Shown here piece after piece: positions 16,786 through 25,243 of a stretch of DNA of 32,702 bases. Under the pieces are notes generated by a model, which was not told the DNA's origin, made no database searches, and was given only the letters and a program-made list of their open reading frames with translations. The stretch spans positions 1 to 32,702 of the IMG/VR virus record IMGVR_UViG_3300048762_000474; one strand, given 5' to 3'. This DNA comes from a virus. Its lineage: Duplodnaviria > Caudoviricetes. Made by a program: the position numbers and the translations under genes. Every line of letters starts with the position of its first letter. Within the stretch, counting starts at the first letter, position 1.

Positions 16786-17195
16786 CGGCTAAACACCTGC
16801 GACAGCAAAAGAGTCAACGCATTACGAAGATCAAACGGCATCGCCTCATAATCATCCCACGTGTAAGACGAATCAGCTTTTCGCAACATAGCAAAGACCA
16901 CATGCTCCGCCCTTTCCGTATCATCAACAATACTCTGCACATTCAACGCTGCAAGCTCACTCTTCGACAGCAAACCATAACGTATCTCGCCCAAATCAGG
17001 GTCAATTAACACCTGAATTTTACGTGTAGACTCAGCCAAAGCTTTAGGGTCAAAAAGCTTCGCAGAAGCAGCCACTACAACAGCACGCTTCGCTTGATCG
17101 TCAGCCGCCATCTTCTCAAACTCAGCGATCCGCGCTTCATTCTCCGGAGTACTAAGCCTAGCAACATCAGAACTCTGTTTATTTTTAGCAGACAA
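16722..17195 (-). CDS. Tail assembly chaperone (gpG-like)
   Basis: Lies between tail tube and TMP; contains the slippery site. Confidence 0.8.
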   Translation of the reverse strand: MSAKNKQSSDVARLSTPENEARIAEFEKMAADDQAKRAVVVAASAKLFDPKALAESTRKIQVLIDPDLGEIRYGLLSKSELAALNVQSIVDDTERAEHVVFAMLRKADSSYTWDDYEAMPFDLRNALTLLLSQVFSRFLRVQRRIGSQVAPPLKLQG

Positions 17196-17208
17196 CGAAT
17201 AGGCCTTC

Positions 17209-17607
17209 TTATGTTGTTGCAGGGAACTCTATGCCTTCAGCTTCGCCGTCAATATCCTCTAGTAACCCGGCAGCTATGTCCCCTTTGACTTCTCGGTTAA
17301 GAATCCTACAGTTCTTCCAAGTTTCAATGAAACCGCCTGCGACAACTCCATCTGGCGCAAACACCAAATCAAATTTAGTCCCTTCCAAAAGCAACTTGAT
17401 GTAGTCAGGGCCAGTGAATAAACGACTAGCTGACCACGTAAAACTCTGGTTTCCTGCACCTGTCACAGCTGGAGCCAAAGAATCCACCGTGTACACCTTG
17501 ATACTTGTCGCCGAAGCCTTCGTACTAATGCCTGTGCCAAGGCCAATCGCTACCGTTCCTTTAAACAACCGAGCATCTCGCCCTAACCCTAATGTATACG
17601 CACTCAT
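17209..17607 (-). CDS. Major tail tube protein
   Basis: Position, GGAGGT RBS, beta-rich 132 aa with GNQSFTWSASRLF. Confidence 0.75.
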   Translation of the reverse strand: MSAYTLGLGRDARLFKGTVAIGLGTGISTKASATSIKVYTVDSLAPAVTGAGNQSFTWSASRLFTGPDYIKLLLEGTKFDLVFAPDGVVAGGFIETWKNCRILNREVKGDIAAGLLEDIDGEAEGIEFPATT

Positions 17608-17638
17608 TTTGTTTTTTTACCTCCATTTTTTATGTAAC

Positions 17639-17652
17639 TTGCCACGTGGCAA
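17639..17652. promoter_or_regulatory. Perfect 14-bp palindrome TTGCCACGTGGCAA upstream of the tail tube gene
   Basis: Intergenic, about 30 nt before the start codon. Confidence 0.5.
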
Positions 17653-17666
17653 TATTACTAGTCAAT

Positions 17667-18197
17667 TTAGGAAGGCCGGAACCAAAGCTTAGCTTCAAAG
17701 AAGATGTCCCCGCCATACAGCAAACGATCCTTACCCGCTGCATCCTTGAATTTGAGTTCTCCAGGAGCAAACATAACCGGGCGACAATCCTTCACAACAC
17801 CGCCCAACTTCCGATCAGCCAACAAAGCATCCATAACAGCACTCATCGGCTCAACCACATCAACAACAAAATTCTTAGGTGCATACTCCCGGATAACAAC
17901 TGAGATACAGCCGCGAACACGAACCTCAAGCAGACCATCCACTGCTAAATCATCAATCGGGCCAGGCACCGGATTAATAGTGGCCTTCGGCAAACCATCA
18001 AGCGTAAACTGCTCACCAATAACAACCGTTTTCAACGCTTCAATGCCATGCGCGGGCACTCCGGGTACTGCAGGAACCTCAGGCACATCATCATGGGCAG
18101 GCACCGCAGGCACTTCAGGCAAAGCCGGCACATAAACCAAAGCCGCCTTGATGGCTTCAAAAACGGGCATATACGAATCATAAAACTTGTCAGTCAT
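17667..18197 (-). CDS. Tail terminator/completion protein with a Pro-Ala-Val low-complexity insert
   Basis: Position; DALLADRKLGGVV motif; VPALPEVPAVPAHDDVPEVPAVPGVPAHG insert. Confidence 0.7.
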   Translation of the reverse strand: MTDKFYDSYMPVFEAIKAALVYVPALPEVPAVPAHDDVPEVPAVPGVPAHGIEALKTVVIGEQFTLDGLPKATINPVPGPIDDLAVDGLLEVRVRGCISVVIREYAPKNFVVDVVEPMSAVMDALLADRKLGGVVKDCRPVMFAPGELKFKDAAGKDRLLYGGDIFFEAKLWFRPS

Positions 18198-18625
18198 CAA
18201 CTAACCAACCTGCTCCATTCGTCAGCAACAACCCCGCCGACACTATCCATAGTTCCCTTAGCCGCATTGTCCATGAACGGATTAGGCTTAGTCCCCGGAT
18301 GATGCACAAGCGGCGTAAACACCATTCTGCCACCCAACTGAAAAGCCAAAACCCCACCGTTAATAGGCCTAATCTCATGCGGCGCCGTACCCTCAACCAC
18401 AAACTTCGCGTAAGAAGCCGCCACACCAACAGTGGCCTCACGATCAGAAACCTCCTTGTAAACAGTACTCGCCAAATACCCAGTTTTCACCGGGGCACCC
18501 CAAAACACTAAACCGTAAGCAACATCCGCCAACCGCCCAATAACACGCGGAATAAACGAAGAATCAATCTCAGAAGCAACAACCGACAAATCCAAACCGC
18601 TGCGGAAAACCTCAAACTCAATCAA
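18197..18625 (-). CDS. HK97 gp10-like neck/tail-completion protein
   Basis: APVKTGYLAST, YAKFVVEGT and HPGTKPNPFM motifs. Confidence 0.9.
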   Translation of the reverse strand: MIEFEVFRSGLDLSVVASEIDSSFIPRVIGRLADVAYGLVFWGAPVKTGYLASTVYKEVSDREATVGVAASYAKFVVEGTAPHEIRPINGGVLAFQLGGRMVFTPLVHHPGTKPNPFMDNAAKGTMDSVGGVVADEWSRLVS

Positions 18626-18627
18626 GC

Positions 18628-18939
18628 CTACACAACTCCCACATATGAGTTGAATTCGGCTTCAACGTAAGCATCCAAAAACCTGTTCGCTTCAACCCAA
18701 AACGCCTCAGCACCCACAGGATCGCTAAAACGCCTAAATATCCACGCCGCAAAAAACTTCGCGGCATCCACAACAAGCTGAGGCACCACAACAGACACAA
18801 CCAAACCCTTAGGCTTCAAAAACCCATCAACCAACCCGCATCCACTAACCACACAATCAGCCAATTGAGCATCAAACTTAGTTTCCGCTGCATCAATCTG
18901 AAGAAGCACTTTTACATCATCCGCGTCACAGTAGCTCAT
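18628..18939 (-). CDS. Head-tail adaptor (HK97 gp6/SPP1 gp15-like)
   Basis: MSYCDADDVK start, VDGFL, VPQLV...AA helical pattern. Confidence 0.8.
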   Translation of the reverse strand: MSYCDADDVKVLLQIDAAETKFDAQLADCVVSGCGLVDGFLKPKGLVVSVVVPQLVVDAAKFFAAWIFRRFSDPVGAEAFWVEANRFLDAYVEAEFNSYVGVV

Positions 18940-19019
18940 CGATATTTCCTGCCTTGGAATCTCGCACAGCCAGACAAACTGACCATGTCGAGCCAAATTT
19001 AGGACCTAAAGTCGCTCAG

Positions 19020-19331
19020 TTAGGATTTACTTGCCGCCTGAGCATCACTTGACGCCTGCACAGCAGAAGGCACAACTACAACCTCACTAACAGGAGCTTG
19101 CACCTGCGGAGGCAGTGGAACATTCGCCGGATTACCATTCGCCTTAACAAACACCGCCCAGAAAGTACCCCCAACGAAAGCTATGAGACCCAGTATACCA
19201 GCCAAAGTTAACCTAAAACTAAGCGGCAACCAAGTCTGCGCACTAACGTATGTTGCAGTCATGCCAATTGTGACAATGCCAGCTACAACCGCGACCTCCT
19301 CATTATTACTGAAATTCGCCATTTCCCTCAT
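19020..19331 (-). CDS. Small 2-TM membrane protein
   Basis: Two hydrophobic helices and a Pro/Ala-rich tail; coupled to the portal stop. Confidence 0.7.
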   Translation of the reverse strand: MREMANFSNNEEVAVVAGIVTIGMTATYVSAQTWLPLSFRLTLAGILGLIAFVGGTFWAVFVKANGNPANVPLPPQVQAPVSEVVVVPSAVQASSDAQAASKS

Positions 19332-20620
19332 TCACCTCCGCTACTACCAGAATTACCCTGATTCTGATTACTTGCACCTGCAGGAGACACAGCCGCCTTC
19401 GGATCCGGCTCCCACAACTCCCAACCCGACTTAGTCGCAGTCTTCCGAAACTCCTCAGGGCGAATCAAATTCCCAGAAGCAGCAGAAATCAAATCCGCCA
19501 TCAACATCTCAGGCTGCTCAGGACTACCCCAATTAAGCCGAATCCCAGCCTTCACAAAATCAAACCCATTCTGCAAAAGAATAGTCTGGAAAATCTCGCG
19601 TTCAACCTGACGCTTCACATACCGCTGCACTGGCCTAATCAACATATTCTGCAGTTCCAAAGCCGCATTCGCCGAAGCTTCCGTGAAACCTGGCGTACTG
19701 AAAAGACGCGGAAGAGGCGTTTCGCACCCCAAATAAAATTGATCCAGCAACTGCTCAATGTACTTGCTAAACCCCACTGCACGAGGATCAATCGTCACAG
19801 GCGTAACAGACGCATCCTTCTGCCCATGAAACAGCCACGCACCCTCCTCAGGACGCTTCTTAATCGCCGCTTCAAAAGCCTTAATGACCTCAGGCTTCGC
19901 ACCAGGCAACCCCACAATTACATCAGGCCCCGCATACTTCTCAACCACCTTCGGCAGCAAACGCTCAATCTTCGCCTTCATAGCCGCATACGCCGGACGC
20001 CTCTCACAATTCACCGTCAACGTATGCAACAACACCTGCAGCAAACCCACACCAAACCCATAAGGCACCATCGGATTAAGCTGCCAATGAATCACAGCTT
20101 CCGGAGCCAACACACCCTGCTTATCACCAGCACCAACACTCGAAGCATACAAAGCCCGAAGCCTATACCCCGTAGGCTTATACGGAAGCCGTAAACCCTC
20201 AACTTGACCCAGTTCAACCCGCCAAACCGCATCAATGGGCAACCGCAAAACATCATCCAACTTCGAAGGAGACAACCGCAGCCAAAAATCGTTCCCACAC
20301 GCAATCAAATTCTTAGCCATATCGTTGAGAAGCTTATCTAGATTCACTTGCTCACAAAAAGCATCCACACAAGCCTTCGCCTCAGCCGCCTGAGCATACG
20401 ATTCATCAACCGTAGTGTAGAAACCCATACCCACCGTCGACGCCGCCAACAAATCTATACTGCTCTTACATGTAGGATCCCGATAATACAGCTGCATAAC
20501 ATCTACAAGCGCAATATCAGATGTCTCAAAAAACGAGTAAGCCCCAGGAGACGCAGAACCCGAAGAACCAGAAGGCGCATAAGTCAAAAACTCACGAAGT
20601 TTCTTAACCGCACCACTCAA
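19328..20620 (-). CDS. Portal protein
   Basis: 430 aa; YYRDPTCKSSID, LIACGNDF, EAVIHW...YGFG, IRPVQRYVKRQVE, IRPEEFR portal-like motifs. Confidence 0.88.
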   Translation of the reverse strand: MSGAVKKLREFLTYAPSGSSGSASPGAYSFFETSDIALVDVMQLYYRDPTCKSSIDLLAASTVGMGFYTTVDESYAQAAEAKACVDAFCEQVNLDKLLNDMAKNLIACGNDFWLRLSPSKLDDVLRLPIDAVWRVELGQVEGLRLPYKPTGYRLRALYASSVGAGDKQGVLAPEAVIHWQLNPMVPYGFGVGLLQVLLHTLTVNCERRPAYAAMKAKIERLLPKVVEKYAGPDVIVGLPGAKPEVIKAFEAAIKKRPEEGAWLFHGQKDASVTPVTIDPRAVGFSKYIEQLLDQFYLGCETPLPRLFSTPGFTEASANAALELQNMLIRPVQRYVKRQVEREIFQTILLQNGFDFVKAGIRLNWGSPEQPEMLMADLISAASGNLIRPEEFRKTATKSGWELWEPDPKAAVSPAGASNQNQGNSGSSGGE

Positions 20621-20865
20621 GATAGTGCCTCCAGCAACCGTTTGCCTTTCTCAGTTAAACGAAAAGGCGACAACAACTCATCTTCACACTTCACAATCCA
20701 TCCACACCGAACCAAACCATAAAAAATGCTGTCAAAAACATGAGGAGAATCATCCGTACACTTCACAAACGCCTTCTCCAAAACAGTATAACGCATAGGA
20801 GCACCGCTAAGCAACCGCAAAACCTCAAATTGCCGCTTCTCACGCCTCTCAAACGTTCCCTGCAC
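20617..20865 (-). CDS. Winged-helix protein (82 aa)
   Basis: LVRCGWIVK...FRLTEKGK wHTH wing motif. Confidence 0.75.
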   Translation of the reverse strand: MQGTFERREKRQFEVLRLLSGAPMRYTVLEKAFVKCTDDSPHVFDSIFYGLVRCGWIVKCEDELLSPFRLTEKGKRLLEALS

Positions 20866-21136
20866 TTGTTAATTCAACCTCAACCGGTTTCAATTTTGAG
20901 TAAAAAGGGGAATGACTGGAATGCCCAGCCAAATTATTGCAGACCTTCCACACCAACAGATCGCGTATGCCATCCAAACCATAAGGCAACGACAAATCAG
21001 GCACATAAGCCTCCATTACACCACCGCATTCAGGGCATAGTTCCCAACAGTCGCAAACCACATCATCACTATGTGTCGAGTGGTACTCGCGGCCACACCT
21101 GGAACATTTACCGCTGAATTCAGTGTTGTAACTCAA
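20849..21136 (-). CDS. Zn-finger protein (95 aa)
   Basis: CSRC, CDC, CPEC motifs. Confidence 0.7.
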   Translation of the reverse strand: MSYNTEFSGKCSRCGREYHSTHSDDVVCDCWELCPECGGVMEAYVPDLSLPYGLDGIRDLLVWKVCNNLAGHSSHSPFYSKLKPVEVELTSAGNV

Positions 21137-21146
21137 CTTTTGCCGC

Positions 21147-22118
21147 CTAAGTCAAAGTCGCTTTAATGTTGGATATACGTGAAATAGCGTTTGCCCGCAG
21201 AATGCCAAGGCCGAACCTGGTAGAAGCCCGGATGCCGTACTTCTCAGATTTCGCGTCATACCAGTCTTCAACTGTTACGTCACGTCGAAGCAACATAACA
21301 GCCGCAACATCAGTATCAATCGCGTAACCCAAAGTATTGGTTGCAAGCGAACTAAACTGGGTCGTCATCCCCAACACGTTTCCAACGCTTCCCTTTTGGA
21401 TATCAACGGTTTCTGAGGGTAAGTACACAGCTTTTATGAACTTATCATCGTTCAACAGTTGATGTTTTCCAAGGGTATTCGCGGCGAAAACGGTGGGGCT
21501 CCAATCCTGATTCTCAACTGCATTATGCGCAGCCAAGAGCAGCGCCCAACTTAGAACAGCAGCTCCACCAGCAATTTCTGCGCCACCAGCCAAGTCACCG
21601 TTTGCAACAGCAGCGTAAGCAGCCAAAATCCGTTGAGTCTCATCTTTACCTAGCGCACGACCAACACGTTCAACCATGCTGTTCATCACGTTCCAGGTAG
21701 CATCCTCAACGAACTGCTTAGTCCACTCTTCACTAGCTTCAGCAACAATGTCAGTGTATATGTCAACAGTAGTGGTTTTAGCTCCGCTTAAGCGAGTAGA
21801 TGAACCTTCAGCAAAACGGTACGCAACACCATTAACATCCAGTGGGAAACGCTCCATAGGCTCATTGGTAGGCAACACCTTGATCATGTTACGACCAATA
21901 AGATTAGGCTGCGCAGCCGCCACTAATGTATCATGCATCAAACCTAAGGCGCCAACACTGTCGGAACAAAGCGCTTCTTTAACCGCCATATCAGCGTAAC
22001 GTCTCAGGAAAGGCTGCGTAATCATCTTTGCTTTCATGTGTTCGTAGACTTGCCTGCTGGACCCTTCACCAGCGGATTTTTCCTGCATCAACGCTTCAAA
22101 AAGTTTAGGTTTCAACAT
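21147..22118 (-). CDS. Major capsid protein (HK97 fold)
   Basis: 323 aa; AEG E-loop, long spine helix, GNVLGM, RFGLGILRANAI C-terminus. Confidence 0.92.
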   Translation of the reverse strand: MLKPKLFEALMQEKSAGEGSSRQVYEHMKAKMITQPFLRRYADMAVKEALCSDSVGALGLMHDTLVAAAQPNLIGRNMIKVLPTNEPMERFPLDVNGVAYRFAEGSSTRLSGAKTTTVDIYTDIVAEASEEWTKQFVEDATWNVMNSMVERVGRALGKDETQRILAAYAAVANGDLAGGAEIAGGAAVLSWALLLAAHNAVENQDWSPTVFAANTLGKHQLLNDDKFIKAVYLPSETVDIQKGSVGNVLGMTTQFSSLATNTLGYAIDTDVAAVMLLRRDVTVEDWYDAKSEKYGIRASTRFGLGILRANAISRISNIKATLT

Positions 22119-22120
22119 GT

Positions 22121-22567
22121 CTATTTCTCAACGTCAATGAAGATCAAATCGCCAGCTTGACCAGCAGCCTGCAAAGCGCAACCAAGTTTCTGAGCAAAAG
22201 GAACCGCAACAGTATACTTTGCGACACCGCCTTCATCCACACCTTGACTAACGTCAACGAGCATCAACACACGCATAGAAGAATCAGCACCGTAAACAGC
22301 CTTGCCCAAGGTAATCGCTCCACCAGCAGCCACTTTCACGCGGCCATCAGTAAGCACAGGAACAGGACCACCCACAGTTAGTTGAGTCTTCATAGCGACG
22401 CCAATGCAGTCATGAGCAGCCCCAGCAGAAGTAACAGTTTCAGCAGCGGACAGGTAAACTGGGTCGCCCTTTGTTACGGCGGCGCCAGCAGCGTAAGTTT
22501 GAATTTCAGCGTTAGAATCGTCAGATTCGCCAATAGCCATTCCAAGTTTTCCAGATAAATCAGTCAT
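22121..22567 (-). CDS. Capsid cement/decoration protein (DUF2190-like)
   Basis: AGAAVTKGDPV, IGVA, AGGAITLGKAV, ALQAAGQAGDLI. Confidence 0.8.
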   Translation of the reverse strand: MTDLSGKLGMAIGESDDSNAEIQTYAAGAAVTKGDPVYLSAAETVTSAGAAHDCIGVAMKTQLTVGGPVPVLTDGRVKVAAGGAITLGKAVYGADSSMRVLMLVDVSQGVDEGGVAKYTVAVPFAQKLGCALQAAGQAGDLIFIDVEK

Positions 22568-22647
22568 TTATTATTGATCTCCACAAAATTTTAGCTTAAC
22601 GAGCAGTAGTGAGTTCGTCCTCATTGCCCGGTCTATGTGACTATGAA

Positions 22648-22845
22648 TCACGGAGAACCACTCCGCTTAGACGCCTTCGCCTTTTTCAATTCAGACTCTA
22701 AAAACTGAATCCGCACATACATATTGCGAATCACACGTCCCAACGCTTCATTATGCAAAAGCCCATGACTCGAGGCTTCAACAACCTCATCCGCTTCCAC
22801 ATCGTCAACGTCGTGAAGTTTACCTTTAGCAGGCAACTCAGCCAT
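22648..22845 (-). CDS. Small hypothetical protein (65 aa)
   Basis: ATG 1 nt after the protease stop; short C-terminal coiled coil. Confidence 0.6.
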   Translation of the reverse strand: MAELPAKGKLHDVDDVEADEVVEASSHGLLHNEALGRVIRNMYVRIQFLESELKKAKASKRSGSP

Positions 22846-22846
22846 T

Positions 22847-24355
22847 CTACTTCACCTGCAACCTTTTCTGAGCCTTCAAAATCTCAGACCTAACGATTGC
22901 GCCTTGACGCTCCATCCCAGGCGTAGAACGTTCAGCAACCAGAAGCGGCATACATCTCTGCAGACTAGCAAGAGACTCAACCACAGGCATCATCACCGGC
23001 GGATCCGCAAGCAACTCTATGCCAGGCATACACTTCTTGAATTTCTCCAGAACCACATTTCGTTCGCCAAGAGTCTTTTCTACAGCGGCAAGCTTCTCAG
23101 CCACAGGACCCAATTTACCAGTAGCCTCAGCGCAAGCACCTTCAGCAACAGCTTTCGCGGCTTCAGCGATCCCAAGCTTACCCTCTGCTTCAGTCACCTT
23201 CGTTTGGGCTTCAGCCAACTCAATTTTTTGTTTCTCAAATTCACGGGATTTATCGCCAAGTTTCAGGGCGATTTTCTCTGCAATTTTATCCATTTCTTTT
23301 TCTTCCAAATTTTCAACTCCTAAATTAAGATGAACATGCAACCGCTCAACCATCTGGTAACTGCACTGGCAATTCGGATGCAGCGGCAACTCTGGCTCAG
23401 TCCCATAAACAAACTCCTTGCCATCCAAAGCCTCACACCGCGCACAAGGATTAGCCCCTAAAGCCTGAAAACGCATCTTAAACGCCGTAAAATCAGAAGG
23501 CAAATCCCCAGCCGCCTCCCGAACAAAAAGATTAACCTCCCGAACAGGCAAAAGCTCCAAAGACGACATAACCGCAGAAGGCGCAGAACCACCGGCACCA
23601 GCAGAAAACTTGCCAAAACAAGCCTTACACGCAGAAACAAGATAATCCGCCTTCCCACCACAACCAACACACGACCCAATCTTCGTAATCGTCCGCTCCT
23701 CAACGGCGGGAACAGGCACAACAAAACTCTCCGCAATCCGCTCCACAGGCATAATCCTCGTCAACGGAATACCAGGCAAAGTCGAAGCCTTCGTCAACCA
23801 ACCCAAACCAGTAAGCACCAAACCGTGGCCAGGAACACCATGACTCCACTCACCCTCAATACTCACGTTAACAATCTCTTTGCGATCAATCATCCCAACC
23901 AGCTGCGACTTCTTTGGAACCCGAACAAGACACTCAACACAATCATCCTCACACTGAGCCGCAACAATCTCAACACCCGCAAGCACCTGCTTTAGGTCAT
24001 GATTCAAATCACTAGGCTTCCCCGTCAACGAACGGGCAGACTGCAACACTTCATCTCGGGTAAAAGGAGGACCATTATTCATCGATTCAACGGGGAATAG
24101 GGCCTCAACTTTGTAATAGTAAGAGTCTTTGTCTTCCTTCACAAACTCAAGCAGAAACTTCGCCCACTCAAAACTCTGCTTCACCCCAGCCGCACGAGCC
24201 GCACCCTGAGCATAATAACTCTGGGAGTCATCCAACTCAGAAGCCTTCACCCAATCAGCGTACCGGGACTCGCCAAGCTTAGGGTCTTTGCTATAGTGTG
24301 CCAAAAAAGCAGCATGAATCTTTGCGAAATCAGGATGCCTACAGCCAACAGACAT
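22847..24355 (-). CDS. Prohead protease-scaffold fusion with Zn-ribbon and MuF-like inserts
   Basis: LNHD (His) and VSIEG (Ser) protease motifs; CVGC...CKAC; CARCEALDG...PLHPNCQC; C-terminal coiled coil. Probable start MSVGCRHPDF. Confidence 0.8.
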   Translation of the reverse strand: MSVGCRHPDFAKIHAAFLAHYSKDPKLGESRYADWVKASELDDSQSYYAQGAARAAGVKQSFEWAKFLLEFVKEDKDSYYYKVEALFPVESMNNGPPFTRDEVLQSARSLTGKPSDLNHDLKQVLAGVEIVAAQCEDDCVECLVRVPKKSQLVGMIDRKEIVNVSIEGEWSHGVPGHGLVLTGLGWLTKASTLPGIPLTRIMPVERIAESFVVPVPAVEERTITKIGSCVGCGGKADYLVSACKACFGKFSAGAGGSAPSAVMSSLELLPVREVNLFVREAAGDLPSDFTAFKMRFQALGANPCARCEALDGKEFVYGTEPELPLHPNCQCSYQMVERLHVHLNLGVENLEEKEMDKIAEKIALKLGDKSREFEKQKIELAEAQTKVTEAEGKLGIAEAAKAVAEGACAEATGKLGPVAEKLAAVEKTLGERNVVLEKFKKCMPGIELLADPPVMMPVVESLASLQRCMPLLVAERSTPGMERQGAIVRSEILKAQKRLQVK

Positions 24356-24424
24356 ACAAACACATTTGCAAGCACACAGCACAAATAGCTTATCGTCGTA
24401 AACACGACAGTACCCTAAACAAGC

Positions 24425-24607
24425 CTATACCTTAAGTTGCTTAGCAAACTCCAAATCAACCCTCGCCCGCTCAATCTTCCGCAAAGCATTCAACCGACTA
24501 CGACACACACCCGTAGCATCAACCCTAAGCCTCCGAGCAATCCGATAATCACTCAACCCCTCAGCCCTCAAACGCAAAACCGCCCGCTCACGCTCAGTCA
24601 AACTCAC
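24425..24607 (-). CDS. LuxR/sigma-70 region 4-like HTH protein (60 aa)
   Basis: LTERERAVLRLRAEGLSDYRIARRL...ALRKI. Confidence 0.85.
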   Translation of the reverse strand: MSLTERERAVLRLRAEGLSDYRIARRLRVDATGVCRSRLNALRKIERARVDLEFAKQLKV

Positions 24608-24726
24608 TCCTCAACAACCTCCAAACCCCGCAACAACTCACGCACACATCCACGTTTCCAAATCGCAATCACTTCATCCATCGCCTGCAATTCTTCTTTA
24701 CTTGGACCACCAATTAGACCACCCAT
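24604..24726 (-). CDS. Small hypothetical protein (40 aa; MGGLIGGPSKEELQAM...)
   Basis: TGATG coupling, GGAGG RBS, fills the gap. Confidence 0.55.
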   Translation of the reverse strand: MGGLIGGPSKEELQAMDEVIAIWKRGCVRELLRGLEVVEE

Positions 24727-25031
24727 CACAAACCCGCCTCCAATAAGCCCTCATCAACAACACCTTTCTCTGGAAACAACGCAAGCAAAATCCGACCCTT
24801 CCGACTCAAAACATAAAACTTTTTTCGATGAGATCCCCAATCACCCGCATTAATATTACTATACACCCAAACAATAAGCCCCAATTTCAGAAGCTTACTA
24901 ATCTGAGGCCAAACACCCGAATAACTCTTCCAAGACCCATCATTAAACAAATCAACGACAGCAGTCGCCGTCCTAAAACGACGCAGCAACCCAATATTAA
25001 TCAACAAAAATTTGCTACCCGTCGTTCTCAT
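24726..25031 (-). CDS. Winged-helix (PadR-like) protein
   Basis: ISKLLKLGLI...RKKFYVLSRKGR. Confidence 0.75.
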   Translation of the reverse strand: MRTTGSKFLLINIGLLRRFRTATAVVDLFNDGSWKSYSGVWPQISKLLKLGLIVWVYSNINAGDWGSHRKKFYVLSRKGRILLALFPEKGVVDEGLLEAGL

Positions 25032-25243
25032 AGTTCACCCTCCTCCTCAACCCTGGGAACCTCAACATCTACAGCCACCACACCCACACCATCCGCAAAC
25101 TTATCCCAATGCACCCGACAACAAGGAACCATCCGAGCAGTCAAAAACACCGCAGGCTCAGACTTACAATCAGGGCAACCGCGAAGCTCAGCCAAAACCG
25201 CAGCATCCAACACCCAAACAACCTTAGAACTCTTCTTTCTCAT
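25028..25243 (-). CDS. Small Zn-finger protein
   Basis: CPDC...CCRVHW. Confidence 0.6.
   Translation of the reverse strand: MRKKSSKVVWVLDAAVLAELRGCPDCKSEPAVFLTARMVPCCRVHWDKFADGVGVVAVDVEVPRVEEEGEL

Noticed and set aside
22600-22630. Hammerhead ribozyme (ATGAG...CGAA)
   Set aside because: Lacks the CUGANGA and GAAA cores and the three-stem junction; kept only as a hairpin.
24604-24726. Shared peptide PSKEELQA with the 4047-4268 protein
   Set aside because: Eight residues of a common helix-cap pattern with no flanking similarity.
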